Counted from the first letter of the stretch, positions 1 through 10,846 are shown. The stretch is DNA of 64,000 nt from Alphaproteobacteria bacterium (GCA_030425825.1 JAUHZY010000001.1:1542834-1606833); one strand, 5' to 3'. The notes: generated from the sequence alone by a model not told the origin. Translations and numbers: made by a program.

Positions 1-398
1 CACGTATTTTTGGGAAGCTTGCAGAAGAAAATGTCAACGTAGATACGATTGTTCAAATTATTGCAGACCAAGACAGGCATACAGAAATCAGCTTCACAGT
101 TGGTGTGCATGATATGCAAAGAACACAGGAAATGTTAGAAGTTCTACGCGCCGAAATTGGCTTTAGCCATGTTTCTGCTGAGGGCAATATTGCAAAAGTT
201 TCAATTATTGGAGCGGGTATGCAGAGCCATGTTGGTGTTGCACAGAAAATGTTCCAGACCCTTGCAGATAATAATATAAATATCGAGTTGATTTCGACAT
301 CTGAAATTAAAGTAAGTGTTTTAATTCGCCAAGAGCATACAGATCTTGCGGTGAAAGCACTACATGATGCTTATGGGTTAAGTGGCTCAGGTTTATAG
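1..398 (+). CDS. lysC: aspartate kinase, C-terminal regulatory (tandem ACT) portion; 5' end lies outside the window
   Basis: Frame open from nt 3 (RIFGKLAEENVNVDTIVQIIADQDRHTEISFTVGVHDMQ...); ACT-domain signature of aspartokinases; stop at 398. Confidence 0.75.
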   Translation, partial: RIFGKLAEENVNVDTIVQIIADQDRHTEISFTVGVHDMQRTQEMLEVLRAEIGFSHVSAEGNIAKVSIIGAGMQSHVGVAQKMFQTLADNNINIELISTSEIKVSVLIRQEHTDLAVKALHDAYGLSGSGL

Positions 399-475
399 AA
401 TTGATTGCAAAACTCTTTTTTTTCTGCTAGCTCTAGGGCAGTATTAATACATATTTTAGGAGTGTTGAGTCAGAA

Positions 476-1360
476 ATGACCCGTGAAACTGATAAGAAAA
501 ACAAAAAAGAGACAGAGGGCGGTCTTGGAAAGCCTTCTCAGGGTTCTCGGTCAACAAGGTCTGCAGCGCCTTCAAAAGCGCGCCATGTAGGTGCTATTTT
601 AAAAGATAAACGCCTTGAAAAGAAAATATCATTAGGCGACGTTGTGAGTGATTTGCGTATTCAAAAAGATTACATCACGGCAATAGAGGCTTCTTCTTAT
701 AGTGACTTGCCTGCGTTGACTTATGCATGTGGTTTTGTCAAGTCATATGCGATGTATCTTGGTTTTGATGGCAATGAAATTGTTGCCAAGTTTAAAAGAG
801 AAGCTGAAAGTCTTCAGGTTGCACCAAAAGACCTTCCTGTGCCTCCTATTTTAAAGATAGAAGATGCCGTACCAACAGGAAAGATTTTGGGTTTTTCTCT
901 TTTAGTTCTTGTTGTTATTTATACATTATGGTCAATTTTTTCTACACCTTCTAACGTTGAAATGGATGAAGCACTGGCGCTTGACGAGCCTGTTGCCGAG
1001 CTGCCAGATCCAGGTGAGGTTGATGCCGAATCTGGTGGAAATTTAGGTGTGTCGCTGAGTGATAGAGCTGAAAAAACCCTCTCAAAAGTTGAGCAAGGTT
1101 TGGCTGTTCCAGTTGTTATTTATGCTGAAAATGATAGTTGGATTGAGATTTCTGATTATCAGTCAAAAGTCCTGATGAGTCGTATTCTCAAAGAAGGTGA
1201 GGCCTATTCACTTCCCAACCAAACGGGCTTAAAGCTTGCAACAGGAAATGCGGGTGAAATTGAAATAAGGGTAGGTGCTAAGGCGATCCCAAAAATTGGT
1301 GGCGTCGGCGTTGTGAAGCGTAATATATCTATCGATAAGCTCATCAAAGATAATCTTTAA
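476..1360 (+). CDS. rodZ: RodZ-like cytoskeletal protein (N-terminal XRE-type HTH, one TM segment, C-terminal DUF4115-like domain)
   Basis: ATG at 476 with AGGAG-like SD about 13 nt upstream; HTH (ILKDKRLEKKISLGDVVSDLRIQKDYITAIE), hydrophobic segment GFSLLVLVVIYTLWSIF, conserved C-terminal beta-rich domain. Confidence 0.55.
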   Translation: MTRETDKKNKKETEGGLGKPSQGSRSTRSAAPSKARHVGAILKDKRLEKKISLGDVVSDLRIQKDYITAIEASSYSDLPALTYACGFVKSYAMYLGFDGNEIVAKFKREAESLQVAPKDLPVPPILKIEDAVPTGKILGFSLLVLVVIYTLWSIFSTPSNVEMDEALALDEPVAELPDPGEVDAESGGNLGVSLSDRAEKTLSKVEQGLAVPVVIYAENDSWIEISDYQSKVLMSRILKEGEAYSLPNQTGLKLATGNAGEIEIRVGAKAIPKIGGVGVVKRNISIDKLIKDNL

Positions 1361-1368
1361 GGTAAGTC

Positions 1369-2619
1369 ATGTCTAAGCTTCAGCCTGTTCGTGGTACGCG
1401 TGATATTTATGGGCAATTAGCCTATCGTCACCACCATATCATAGATACATCATTCGAGGTTTGTCGACGATATGGGTATGATCGTATTTCTACGCCGATA
1501 TTTGAATTTACAAATGTTTTTCTGCGCTCGATTGGTGAGACAACAGACATTGTTTCAAAAGAAATGTACAGTTTTGAAGACCGTAAAGGTGAAAGCTTGA
1601 CGCTTCGCCCTGAAGGAACCGCAGGGGTTGTGAGGTCTTTGATTTCAAATGGTCGCTTTCAAGAGTTGCCTTTGAAACAATTTTACGCAGGACCAATGTT
1701 TCGTTATGAACGCCCTCAAAAAGGACGCTATCGTCAGTTTCATCAAATTGGTGCCGAGTATTTAGGCGCTGAAGAGCCACGCTCGGATGTTGAGGCTATT
1801 TCAATGGCATTCAATGTTTTGCAAGCATTGGGTTTGGATAAAAGTATTTCTTTGGAAATTAATACGCTTGGCGATGAAGATTCAAGAAGTGCTTATCGTG
1901 ATGCATTGGTAGCATATTTTGCAAAATATAAGAATGATCTTTCTGCTGACAGCCAAATGCGCTTAGAAAAAAATCCTTTACGCATCTTGGATTCAAAAAA
2001 TGAGACAGATAAAGAAATTTCAAGCCAAGCACCTGCTTTTGAGGCATTTTTGAATGCCTCTTCAAAAACATATTTCGAGAACGTATGCAAAGGCCTAGAA
2101 AATCTTGGTCTGAGCTATGTTCTGAATGACAAGCTCGTCAGGGGACTAGACTATTACTCACATAGTGTTTTTGAGTTTGTTACAAACGAGTTAGGCGCAC
2201 AAGGGACTGTTCTGGCAGGCGGTCGCTATGATGGGCTTGTTCAACAAATGGGTGGTAAGCCAACACCCGCAATTGGATGGGCTGCAGGTATCGAAAGACT
2301 AGAGATGTTAATGCCAGATTTGGCAGAAGACTTGCCCGTTACGATGATGATGCCGATTGGCGAGACAACGTTTAGTGAGGCCGAGAAATTGATGCATGAC
2401 TTGAGAAGTGCAGGTCATAAAGTCATCAGTGACTATGCGGGCAATCTAAAGAAAAGATTTGCACGCGCAGATAAGGTGGGTGCAAAACTTGCCATTATCT
2501 TAGGTGAAGAAGAATTAAGTAAGAATGTTGTTATGTTGAAGAACATGAAAACAGGTGAACAAGATGAAGTAGAAATTAATCAACTAGAAAAGAAGATCAG
2601 AGAAAACCATGAGTCTTGA
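1369..2619 (+). CDS. hisS: histidine--tRNA ligase
   Basis: Class II aaRS HisRS motifs ([25 protein letters not shown]); 416 aa. Confidence 0.9.
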   Translation: MSKLQPVRGTRDIYGQLAYRHHHIIDTSFEVCRRYGYDRISTPIFEFTNVFLRSIGETTDIVSKEMYSFEDRKGESLTLRPEGTAGVVRSLISNGRFQELPLKQFYAGPMFRYERPQKGRYRQFHQIGAEYLGAEEPRSDVEAISMAFNVLQALGLDKSISLEINTLGDEDSRSAYRDALVAYFAKYKNDLSADSQMRLEKNPLRILDSKNETDKEISSQAPAFEAFLNASSKTYFENVCKGLENLGLSYVLNDKLVRGLDYYSHSVFEFVTNELGAQGTVLAGGRYDGLVQQMGGKPTPAIGWAAGIERLEMLMPDLAEDLPVTMMMPIGETTFSEAEKLMHDLRSAGHKVISDYAGNLKKRFARADKVGAKLAIILGEEELSKNVVMLKNMKTGEQDEVEINQLEKKIRENHES

Positions 2620-3685
2620 TGAAAAACTTTCCCATTTTATAGAGCGTCACGGTGAGGTTTCGACAAAACTCTCAGGCGGTGATTTGTCTTCTGAAGACTT
2701 TACGAAGTTATCAAAAGAGTATGCCGAGCTTGAGCCTGTTGTTGAAAAAGCAGTTCTTTATAAGGAATCGGTTGATGGGATGGCTCAAGCCAAGCTGATG
2801 ATGGAAGATGATGACGCTGAAATGAAAGCATTGGCGGAAGAAGAGTATTATGCTCTCAAAACGACGATCGAAGAGCTGGAAAGTGATATCAAAGTTCTTC
2901 TGATTCCAAAAGACGAAGCAGATACTAAAAACGCAATTCTAGAAATCCGTGCGGGAACGGGAGGAGATGAGGCAGGCTTGTTTGCTGCTGATCTTTTCCG
3001 TATGTATCAGCGTTACGCAGAGTCAAAAAGATGGAAATTCGAAACCTTATCTATGTCTGATACAGGGATTGGTGGCATCAAAGAGGTCAGCGCAACAATT
3101 ACAGGAAGTAATGTTTTTGCAAAGTTGAAGTTTGAATCTGGTGTGCATCGTGTGCAGAGAGTTCCAGATACTGAAACAAGTGGTCGTATTCACACGTCGG
3201 CTGCAACGGTAGCCATTTTGCCTGAGGCAGAAGAAGTTGATGTTGATATAGAAGAAAAAGATTTGAGAATTGACTTTTACCGTGCCAGTGGTCCTGGTGG
3301 ACAGTCTGTCAACACAACTGATAGTGCTGTGCGCATTACCCACCTTCCAACAGGTGTTGTGGTGCAGCAGCAAGATGAGAAGTCTCAACATAAAAACAAA
3401 GCAAAGGCGATGAAAGTTTTACGTTCCCGTGTTTATGAGGCAGAACGCCAGCGCCAAATGGACGAGCGCTCACAAAACCGTAAAGACCAAGTGGGATCAG
3501 GTGACCGTTCTGAGCGTATTCGTACATATAACTTCCCACAAGGTCGTGTGACAGATCATCGCATTAACCTGACGCTTTACAAATTAGACAAAATTCTGGA
3601 AGGCGAAGGTTTGGATGAAATGATTGATGCTTTGATGGTTGAAGATCAAGCAAAAAAACTGGCGCATCTTGAAGAAGCTTCATGA
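2609..3685 (+). CDS. prfA: peptide chain release factor 1
   Basis: GGQ motif ([23 protein letters not shown]), RF1-type domain; overlaps hisS end by 11 nt. Confidence 0.93.
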   Translation: MSLDEKLSHFIERHGEVSTKLSGGDLSSEDFTKLSKEYAELEPVVEKAVLYKESVDGMAQAKLMMEDDDAEMKALAEEEYYALKTTIEELESDIKVLLIPKDEADTKNAILEIRAGTGGDEAGLFAADLFRMYQRYAESKRWKFETLSMSDTGIGGIKEVSATITGSNVFAKLKFESGVHRVQRVPDTETSGRIHTSAATVAILPEAEEVDVDIEEKDLRIDFYRASGPGGQSVNTTDSAVRITHLPTGVVVQQQDEKSQHKNKAKAMKVLRSRVYEAERQRQMDERSQNRKDQVGSGDRSERIRTYNFPQGRVTDHRINLTLYKLDKILEGEGLDEMIDALMVEDQAKKLAHLEEAS

Positions 3686-4527
3686 AACTTGAGGCTGTTC
3701 TTAATAATGTTTCTTGCCAGCTAAAAGAGGTAGGTATCGAAAACTCGCGCCATGAAGCAAGACTTATTTTATCTCATATTTTAGGACTCTCTAAAGAAAA
3801 GATTTTCCTGGAAAAGTCTCTCAAAGTTTCGAAGAAAGATCTTGAAGATGTGTCGCGCGTGACAGAAATGAGGTGTGCCAGAAAACCTCTTTCTAAAATC
3901 AAAAATGTTAAAGAATTTTGGTCTCTTGATTTTTTTGTGAATGAAGACGTGCTTGATCCACGACCTGACTCTGAGATCTTGATAGAGGCTGTGACTGGAA
4001 GAATTAATGATAAAAATCAGAATATTAGCGTTCTTGAGTTAGGTGTTGGGAGTGGATGTTTGGTCGTGACATTGCTGCATCTTTTTGAAAATGCGAAAGC
4101 GGTGGCCACAGATATTTCATTAAACGCTTGCCAGGTGGCGCGGAAAAATGCAAAAATGCATGGCGTATCTGATAGATTAGAAGTTTGTCAGATGTCTTGG
4201 GGAAGTTCCTTGGACGGCAAGTTTGATGTGATAATATCGAACCCTCCTTATATTTCCCTAAATGATAAAAACGCCCTTCAGCCTGAAGTTCACTATGATC
4301 CTTCTATTGCCCTTTATGGGGGTGATGATGGTCTTGATTGTTACAGGTCGTTAGCACCTGATATAAGGCGCCTTTTGTCTTGTGACGGCTTTGCTGTTCT
4401 TGAAATTGGTGATGACCAGGAGAAAGATGTTGAAGGCATTTTTGCCCAAGAAGGCTTAAAAGTTTTAGAGATTAAGAAAGATTTATCATTAAAGAATCGT
4501 TGTTTGATTGTTCAACTAAAGGAGTAG
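3682..4527 (+). CDS. prmC: release factor glutamine N5-methyltransferase (HemK/PrmC)
   Basis: NPPY motif (ISNPPYI), SAM-binding GVGSGC; ATGA overlap with prfA; conserved prfA-prmC order. Confidence 0.88.
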   Translation: MKLEAVLNNVSCQLKEVGIENSRHEARLILSHILGLSKEKIFLEKSLKVSKKDLEDVSRVTEMRCARKPLSKIKNVKEFWSLDFFVNEDVLDPRPDSEILIEAVTGRINDKNQNISVLELGVGSGCLVVTLLHLFENAKAVATDISLNACQVARKNAKMHGVSDRLEVCQMSWGSSLDGKFDVIISNPPYISLNDKNALQPEVHYDPSIALYGGDDGLDCYRSLAPDIRRLLSCDGFAVLEIGDDQEKDVEGIFAQEGLKVLEIKKDLSLKNRCLIVQLKE

Positions 4528-4533
4528 TTTTTT

Positions 4534-5097
4534 ATGACTATGAATAATGCAGAAAAAGCATCCACAAGAGCGAATACGTCATCTCATAAGAAAAGATACA
4601 ATAATAACAAAAAAAGATCTGGGAACAGGTTCGACAATCCGAATAACAACCGTCATTCGAAGTCAAAGAATGGCAGACAAAATATTTTTCAAAGTTATGA
4701 AAAAAATATGAATAAGGCCAAAGAAGTTCTTTCCATGGGTGACTATATTGACGCACAAGATTATTTCCAAGCAGCTGAGCATTATTCCAGATTGATTCTA
4801 GAAAGCGGTGGTGAATTAAAACCGAAAAGAAATTCGCAGAATCAGAATGGCAATGCAAAAGCAGGTAACACACAAACAACAGACACTAAAGCGACAACAA
4901 CACCTGCGAGCTCACCAACAAAGGTTGTTAAAAACACCCAAAAGACAGAGGGTAAAACATCCACGCCCACAGCGTCAAAAACAGCACCTGCCGAGACAAC
5001 TTCCAGATCTAAGAATTCGGAAGCACGTATTATTGTCAGCCGCTCTCCTCATGAAAAAAATGGAAAAATTGAGGACGAGACTTTACAAGCAGTTTAA
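4534..5097 (+). CDS. DUF4167 domain protein (basic, low-complexity; alphaproteobacterial signature gene between prmC and clpB)
   Basis: AGGAG SD before ATG 4534; N-terminal basic region and conserved YxxAxxYFQxAEHY motif; position prmC-DUF4167-clpB typical of alphaproteobacteria. Confidence 0.6.
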   Translation: MTMNNAEKASTRANTSSHKKRYNNNKKRSGNRFDNPNNNRHSKSKNGRQNIFQSYEKNMNKAKEVLSMGDYIDAQDYFQAAEHYSRLILESGGELKPKRNSQNQNGNAKAGNTQTTDTKATTTPASSPTKVVKNTQKTEGKTSTPTASKTAPAETTSRSKNSEARIIVSRSPHEKNGKIEDETLQAV

Positions 5098-5148
5098 TTC
5101 TCCCCATATCAATCTTAGGTATTAACCATAAAGATTGAGGGGTTTTAT

Positions 5149-7713
5149 ATGACACCTGAGAAATATTCAGAAAAGCTTAAATCTACCTTACAGAGGGCTC
5201 ATTCTGCTGCTGTGCGTGCAAGCCATCAGTATATTTCTTTAACACATCTTGTGTTTGCTTTCTTAAACGATGATGAAGATAACTCTATTCGTCAGCTGGT
5301 TGATCTAGCAGGCGGTGACGCAGATCGTTTGGCACAAGATATTGACCTTATTTTGTCAAAGCAGCCAAAAGTCGAAGGTGCAGAGGCGCGTGTTTATATG
5401 AAACCCGACCTTGCTAAAACATTAGAAGACGCAGGACAGTTGGCAGCCAAGGCCGGTGACAAATATTTGACAACAGAATATGTTTTATTAGCAATTTTGT
5501 TGGGCACTAATGATTTAGTCGACATTTTTAAATCGAGCGGTGTGACGCCACAGTCTTTAAAAAAAGCAGTCAAAGAAATGCGCAAAGGTCGTACAGCCGA
5601 TGAAGCAACAGCAGAAAGTCAGTATAATGCGTTGCAAAAATATGCACGTGATTTAACTGAAGTTGCAGCCGCAGGCAAGCTAGATCCTGTGATTGGGCGT
5701 GATGAAGAAATTCGTCGTACAATTCAAGTGTTATCGCGTCGTACAAAAAATAACCCTGTATTGATCGGAGAGCCAGGCGTTGGGAAGACGGCGATTATTG
5801 AAGGTATGGCTTTACGGATCATTAACGGTGACGTGCCAGAATCGTTAAAAGATAAAAGACTGCTTTCTCTTGACTTGGGCTCCTTGATCGCAGGCGCAAA
5901 ATTTCGAGGTGAATTTGAAGAGAGACTCAAGGCTGTGCTTGCAGAAGTCGGTGAAGCGGCAGGACAAATTATTCTTTTTATTGATGAGCTTCATACGCTT
6001 GTTGGTGCAGGAAAAGCAGATGGTGCAATGGACGCATCCAATATGTTAAAGCCAGCTTTGGCACGTGGAGAGCTGCATTGTGTTGGTGCAACAACGCTGG
6101 ATGAGTACCGTAAATACATCGAAAAAGACGCGGCACTTGCAAGGCGCTTTCAGCCTGTTTTTGTGAGTGAGCCTAGTGTTGAAGAGACCATTTCAATCCT
6201 GCGTGGTTTGAAAGAGAAGTATGAATTACACCATGGGATTCGTATTGCTGATGGTGCGCTTGTCTCTGCAACGACGTTATCAGATCGTTATATCTCGGAT
6301 CGTTTCTTACCAGACAAGGCGATTGATTTGATGGATGAAGCGGCTGCACGTTTGCGTATGGTTGTTGATTCAAAGCCTGAAGAAATCGAAGATCTTGACC
6401 GTCGCATTATTCAATTGAAAATAGAACAAGAGGCGTTACGAAAAGAAAAAGACCAGGCGTCGCAAGATAGATTATCCGCTTTAGAAAGCGAGTTACCAGA
6501 ACTGGAACAAAAATCTTTAGAATTAACAACAGTATGGCAAGCAGAAAAAGACAAGCTAATGGCTGCTCAGGACATTAAAGAAACCTTAGACCAAGCAAGG
6601 TCAGAGCTTGATGCAGCACAACGTGCAGGAAACCTGACGCGTGCAGGAGAGCTTTCTTATGGCGTTATTCCTGATCTTGAGAAGCGCTTGGAGGAAGCCC
6701 AAAAAGCAGCTGAGAATCGTATGATTAATGAAGAAGTTACTGCAAGCGATATTGCCGCAATTGTTTCAAAGTGGACAGGCGTGCCAGTGGATAAAATGCT
6801 GGAAGGTGAGAAAGAGAAATTACTGAGTATGGAGGCAAACCTAGCAAAACGCGTTGTTGGCCAGGCACAAGCAATTGAGTCTGTCTCACAGGCAATTCGT
6901 CGTTCACGTGCAGGGCTTCAAGATCCAAATCGTCCAATTGGGTCCTTTATGTTTTTGGGGCCAACAGGCGTTGGTAAAACAGAGCTAACAAAAGCATTGG
7001 CAGAATTTCTTTTTGATGATGAGACAGCAATGGTGCGTATTGATATGTCTGAGTATATGGAAAAACATTCTGTTTCTCGGCTTATTGGCGCCCCTCCAGG
7101 ATATGTGGGGTATGATGAAGGAGGTGCATTAACAGAAGCTGTTCGTCGTCGTCCTTATCAGGTCGTTTTATTTGATGAGGTTGAGAAGGCGCACCCTGAT
7201 GTTTTCAATATTTTATTACAAGTTTTGGATGATGGTCGTCTGACAGATGGTCAAGGTCGTACCGTTGATTTTAGAAATGTTATTATTATTATGACATCTA
7301 ATTTGGGGAGTGAGCATCTAACACAGGCGACAACAGAAAATATGGACAAAGCGCATGCAGGTGTGATGGATGTTGTCAAAGCTTCTTTCCGTCCAGAGTT
7401 TTTAAACCGTATTGATGACATCTTGATCTTTAACAAATTAAGTCGTGAGCATATGACGAGCATTGTTGATATACAGTTGCGTCGTTTGGATAAGCTGTTG
7501 GCGGATAGAAAAATTACATTAATTCTAGACAATACCTCTAAAAAATGGATTGCAGACAAAGGGTTTGACCCTGTTTATGGCGCTCGTCCTTTAAAGCGTG
7601 TGATTCAGCAACAAGTGCAAAACCCATTAGCCGAAGCTCTTTTGAAAGGGGATATTGGTGATGGACAAGAGATAAAAGCAACAATCCAGGATGAGAAAAT
7701 ATCCTTTTCTTAA
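5149..7713 (+). CDS. clpB: ATP-dependent chaperone ClpB
   Basis: 854 aa, two AAA+ modules (GEPGVGKT; GPTGVGKT), Clp N domain, coiled-coil middle domain. Confidence 0.95.
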   Translation: MTPEKYSEKLKSTLQRAHSAAVRASHQYISLTHLVFAFLNDDEDNSIRQLVDLAGGDADRLAQDIDLILSKQPKVEGAEARVYMKPDLAKTLEDAGQLAAKAGDKYLTTEYVLLAILLGTNDLVDIFKSSGVTPQSLKKAVKEMRKGRTADEATAESQYNALQKYARDLTEVAAAGKLDPVIGRDEEIRRTIQVLSRRTKNNPVLIGEPGVGKTAIIEGMALRIINGDVPESLKDKRLLSLDLGSLIAGAKFRGEFEERLKAVLAEVGEAAGQIILFIDELHTLVGAGKADGAMDASNMLKPALARGELHCVGATTLDEYRKYIEKDAALARRFQPVFVSEPSVEETISILRGLKEKYELHHGIRIADGALVSATTLSDRYISDRFLPDKAIDLMDEAAARLRMVVDSKPEEIEDLDRRIIQLKIEQEALRKEKDQASQDRLSALESELPELEQKSLELTTVWQAEKDKLMAAQDIKETLDQARSELDAAQRAGNLTRAGELSYGVIPDLEKRLEEAQKAAENRMINEEVTASDIAAIVSKWTGVPVDKMLEGEKEKLLSMEANLAKRVVGQAQAIESVSQAIRRSRAGLQDPNRPIGSFMFLGPTGVGKTELTKALAEFLFDDETAMVRIDMSEYMEKHSVSRLIGAPPGYVGYDEGGALTEAVRRRPYQVVLFDEVEKAHPDVFNILLQVLDDGRLTDGQGRTVDFRNVIIIMTSNLGSEHLTQATTENMDKAHAGVMDVVKASFRPEFLNRIDDILIFNKLSREHMTSIVDIQLRRLDKLLADRKITLILDNTSKKWIADKGFDPVYGARPLKRVIQQQVQNPLAEALLKGDIGDGQEIKATIQDEKISFS

Positions 7714-7720
7714 AAAAACC

Positions 7721-7762
7721 TCTTGACCTTAGTGTTTCCTAATCGTACACTTGAGGTCAAGA
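7721..7762. other. 8-bp perfect hairpin (TCTTGACC/GGTCAAGA, 26-nt loop) 8 nt after clpB stop, no U-tract
   Basis: Inverted repeat read directly from the sequence; not followed by a T-run so not a canonical terminator. Confidence 0.4.
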
Positions 7763-7826
7763 AGCGCTGAGTTAATATTCAACTTGCGGGCGCTATATAA
7801 AATCAGCTAAAGCGGGACGCATAAAT

Positions 7827-7858
7827 GCCACTTTTGCCCGCGCTTAAGTGGTTTTTTT
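7827..7858 (+). terminator. rho-independent terminator (CCACTT-loop-AAGTGG + T7)
   Basis: 6-7 bp GC-containing stem, 12-nt loop, followed by TTTTTTT; about 115 nt downstream of clpB stop. Confidence 0.6.
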
Positions 7859-7867
7859 ATATCTTCA

Positions 7868-7907
7868 GACCCGTTTCAGCTAAAAAGTTGATCGGGTTTT
7901 TTGTTTT
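7868..7907 (+). terminator. second, weaker terminator-like hairpin (GACCCG/CGGGTT) followed by TTTTTTGTTTTT
   Basis: 5-6 bp stem plus a long T-run directly upstream of the next ORF. Confidence 0.35.
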
Positions 7908-7987
7908 TAATAACGGGATTTGTGAATGCTTGCGCCGTAACAGCTAAGCAAAATAACAAATCCTCAAGTCAATTGAGGAGAATTAAA

Positions 7988-8533
7988 ATGGGTGGTATTT
8001 TCGACGGAGATAAACAAAATAAAAGATATCCTGAGGTGCCAAGTTACTCTGGGTATGAGGAGTTTGAGTTATTAAGTCGTCGTGAGGCAGAAAAATTAGG
8101 CTTAAAACAGGACCTATCTATTTCATTTAATTACAATCCAATATTATGGTTCAAAGTTAAAGGGACGGATAACATTTTTCAGGCTCATTCAGAGCAGTTC
8201 GTAGATAAAAAAGGTAATCCTTATTTCGTTCCTCATGTTGTAGATGGGAAGATATCTACTCCTAAAACTGTTGTGCGGGAATGTATTAATGGGTCTGATT
8301 TTTCTGGCCCCGTAAACGATGACAAAAAGACTAAGATAGCCCAATATTTGAAGGGCTTACCAGAAATAACACAAAATAATAATCCTTTGGTTCAAGACTT
8401 AAACATCTTAGATGGTCAAGCGAGTCAAACAGAGGCTGTGAGCTATCAGGCACAGGCACTTTCATCGAAAATACAAGAAAGTGGATATACACTTTTCGAC
8501 CCAAGGTCTCTTAGCTTCACGTCAGCGCGTTAA
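7988..8533 (+). CDS. hypothetical protein (181 aa from ATG 7988; no recognisable domain)
   Basis: GAGGAG SD 7 nt upstream of ATG 7988; the longer 7901 start runs through the terminator T-run; 3' end overlaps the ccmE stop convergently. Confidence 0.4.
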   Translation: MGGIFDGDKQNKRYPEVPSYSGYEEFELLSRREAEKLGLKQDLSISFNYNPILWFKVKGTDNIFQAHSEQFVDKKGNPYFVPHVVDGKISTPKTVVRECINGSDFSGPVNDDKKTKIAQYLKGLPEITQNNNPLVQDLNILDGQASQTEAVSYQAQALSSKIQESGYTLFDPRSLSFTSAR

Positions 8534-8949
8534 TTATGTTGAAGTGATTTTTTAACTTCTGGCGGCATGTAATTTTCGTCATGTTTCGCCAAAATGCGGT
8601 GGGCAGTGAAAAGAGTTTTAGGCTTCTCTTTGAAACTGCCCTCCGCTATCACGCCTTGCCCTTCACGAAAAAGGGCAGGGACGATACCGCTGAATTCAAC
8701 CCGTATTTCATGCTTAAAGTCTGTGATGGTGAATGATGTCATTAAACCTTTTTTCTGAATGGAGTTTTCTTTGACCATACCGCCCACGCGCATTTCTTTA
8801 TTTTCTTCAATACCTTTTTTAATCACATCACTAGGGCTGTAAAAATAGAGTAAATTTTCCTCCAAGCTGGTCAAAATAAGGTATGCACCAAAAGCCATGC
8901 TGAGTGCGCCAATGACAAGTGTTAGGATGCGCTTTTTTTTATTTGTCAT
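8530..8949 (-). CDS. ccmE: cytochrome c-type biogenesis heme chaperone CcmE
   Basis: N-terminal TM anchor, OB-fold CcmE motifs (RVGGMV, FTITD, VEFSGIVPALFREGQGVIAEG, heme-binding H in FTAHRILAKHDENYMPPEV). Confidence 0.85.
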   Translation of the reverse strand: MTNKKKRILTLVIGALSMAFGAYLILTSLEENLLYFYSPSDVIKKGIEENKEMRVGGMVKENSIQKKGLMTSFTITDFKHEIRVEFSGIVPALFREGQGVIAEGSFKEKPKTLFTAHRILAKHDENYMPPEVKKSLQHN

Positions 8950-9045
8950 TTTTGAAGCTTCCGCAGCTGTAAATAAGACTTTAGAAAGAGGCTGCCATAA
9001 ACAGACAATCCAACAAGATAAGAACCATAAATATAAAAAGAATAA

Positions 9046-9768
9046 TCAGGCATCACGCACCTTTTTTAGCTTCTTACGTCTTTCTTTTGCCTTTAAAAGC
9101 TCTGCTTCCATTTTCATCATAAATGTTAACAAGAAAAATCCAATAAAACCAACAAATACAATCAGAAGAGGCGTCAGCATACTGCTATGAATTGTGGGAC
9201 CATCAAGGCGTATCACGCTGGCAGGCTGGTGTAGTGTGTTCCACCATTCAACAGAAAATTTAATAATAGGAATATTAACGGCACCGATTAAAATAAAGTA
9301 ACGTGCAAGCCTGAGATCAGAAGATTTTGCTGTTGAGGTTGTTAGCAGCATATATCCAAGATACATAAAAAATAAAATTAAAACAGAAGTCAGGCGCGCG
9401 TCCCAAACCCACCAAGCTCCCCACATTGGTTTACCCCATAAGGATCCCGTGATAAGGCTAACAAATGTGAAGCATGCGCCAATTGGGGCAGTAACTTTGC
9501 AAGCAATATCAGCAAGTGAGTGCTGCCAAATAAAAGCACAACACGCCATCACTGTCATGAAACTATAACAAAACAAAGCCATCCAGCTACTAGGAACATG
9601 CATGTACATAATTTTAATGGTTTCACCCTGTTGGTAATCATTCGGGACATTGAGAAAAACTTGTGCATAGCCAAGTCCCAAAACAATAAATGTTAGAAAA
9701 AGAGTAGGCAAAAATATTTTGTTTTTAAGTTTTAGAAAGTTAGAAGGATTGGCAAGGAAATGAATCAT
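9046..9768 (-). CDS. ccmC: heme exporter protein CcmC
   Basis: Polytopic; WWVWDARLT tryptophan-rich motif; start taken at MIHF (ATG overlapping upstream TAA) rather than the longer ORF start. Confidence 0.85.
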   Translation of the reverse strand: MIHFLANPSNFLKLKNKIFLPTLFLTFIVLGLGYAQVFLNVPNDYQQGETIKIMYMHVPSSWMALFCYSFMTVMACCAFIWQHSLADIACKVTAPIGACFTFVSLITGSLWGKPMWGAWWVWDARLTSVLILFFMYLGYMLLTTSTAKSSDLRLARYFILIGAVNIPIIKFSVEWWNTLHQPASVIRLDGPTIHSSMLTPLLIVFVGFIGFFLLTFMMKMEAELLKAKERRKKLKKVRDA

Positions 9769-10403
9769 TATAACCCGAGTATTTTTTGAACAACCAGTAT
9801 TGTCCCCATAACAACACCCCATGACATAAATGCTAGTAAAACAGTTGAAACAACCGTTGCAATAAATCCAATAATAACAAAGACTCCATCTTTTTCAATG
9901 AGACCAAGCGCCATTAAAATCAAGCTTGCTGCAGGTGGCGGATTGCCCAATGGAATAGGCAGCATCATCGTGAAAGCTGTAAAGATTGTTAGGGCTGCAA
10001 TAAAGCATTCCGCTTTTCGTGTAAAAAGCCATGAAAGCCTTGGCTTTAAGAGCTTTTCAGAAAAACGGAAAACAGGAATAACATGATTGATCACTTTAAC
10101 AAATGGTTCGAAAGGAACTTCTTTTTTTGCGACAAATTTAGGGAGTATAGGGTGCTCATAGTCTTTCCACATTTGTACGCAAAGCCCCATAATCACAACT
10201 GCTAGAACAATAGAAATACCAGGAACAGAAACAGGAAGAAGATTAGGAATCGCAAGGATAACAATTAAAAGACCATAACTTCGGTCTCCTAAATAATCCA
10301 TGAGGCCTTCTAGTGTAATCTTTTCTTTGTTCCAGTTTTGAACAATATTCTCCAGTATTCTGGAGATAGGAAGGCGTTCCTCGTGCGGGAGATGTTTGAT
10401 CAT
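9768..10403 (-). CDS. exoD: ExoD-family (exopolysaccharide synthesis) membrane protein
   Basis: About 210 aa; ExoD-like pattern (RxxDxLxxxxxxxxxLxxLMDxLGDRSYGLLIVILAIPN...); start at MIKHLPHEER overlapping gpt stop (TGATG). Confidence 0.6.
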   Translation of the reverse strand: MIKHLPHEERLPISRILENIVQNWNKEKITLEGLMDYLGDRSYGLLIVILAIPNLLPVSVPGISIVLAVVIMGLCVQMWKDYEHPILPKFVAKKEVPFEPFVKVINHVIPVFRFSEKLLKPRLSWLFTRKAECFIAALTIFTAFTMMLPIPLGNPPPAASLILMALGLIEKDGVFVIIGFIATVVSTVLLAFMSWGVVMGTILVVQKILGL

Positions 10404-10846
10404 CACGTATCTCCTGCTTCCCAAGGGAAAAAGACCCATGTGTTCTGATCGACAAGCTCAATATAATGTTTGGCCAGAGCCTTACCTTTTGGTTTTGCAA
10501 AAAGTGTTGCCAGTGTCAGCTTGGGAAATTTTTCATGAATGATTTTTGCTGTTTCACCTGTGTCAACGATATCGTCAATAACCAACCAGTTCTTAGAAAG
10601 GTCAAGATCGGGTGTCTTGAGGATCTCTAAGCTACGTTGTGACTGATCATCATAACTAGAGATACAAATTGTATCAACGACACGGATTTTTAATTCTTGC
10701 GCTATGAGGGCTGCAGGGATCATTCCACCGCGCGTAATAGCCAGAATGCCGTCCCACTTCTTGTGTGAGACATTGGCAGATAGCGCTTTGCACATATGAT
10801 GAATCTCTTCCCAAGAGACGTGGCGTTCTTTTGTCATCTCGCTCAT
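10403..10846 (-). CDS. gpt: xanthine-guanine phosphoribosyltransferase
   Basis: 147 aa, PRTase motif VIDDIVDTGET, N-terminus MSE...VSWEEIHHMCKAL resembles Gpt. Confidence 0.8.
   Translation of the reverse strand: MSEMTKERHVSWEEIHHMCKALSANVSHKKWDGILAITRGGMIPAALIAQELKIRVVDTICISSYDDQSQRSLEILKTPDLDLSKNWLVIDDIVDTGETAKIIHEKFPKLTLATLFAKPKGKALAKHYIELVDQNTWVFFPWEAGDT

Noticed and set aside
1508-5125. Antisense or alternate-frame ORFs inside hisS, prfA, prmC and the DUF4167 gene (1508-1780, 1859-2090, 3047-3539, 4538-4879, 4847-5125)
   Set aside because: Fully embedded in strongly supported genes; low-complexity or codon-shadow translations; no independent start signals
7786-7843. tRNA-like GCGGGCG...GCCCGC ends in the clpB downstream spacer
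   Set aside because: Only about 44 nt between the paired ends, no D/T-arm features; too short for a tRNA; treated as RNA structure instead
7901-7987. Longer start (7901) for the orphan gene
   Set aside because: The extension runs through the terminator T-tract; ATG 7988 has a strong GAGGAG SD
8950-9045. Possible ccmD between ccmC and ccmE
   Set aside because: Only a 15-codon ORF fits; too short for CcmD (about 50-70 aa)
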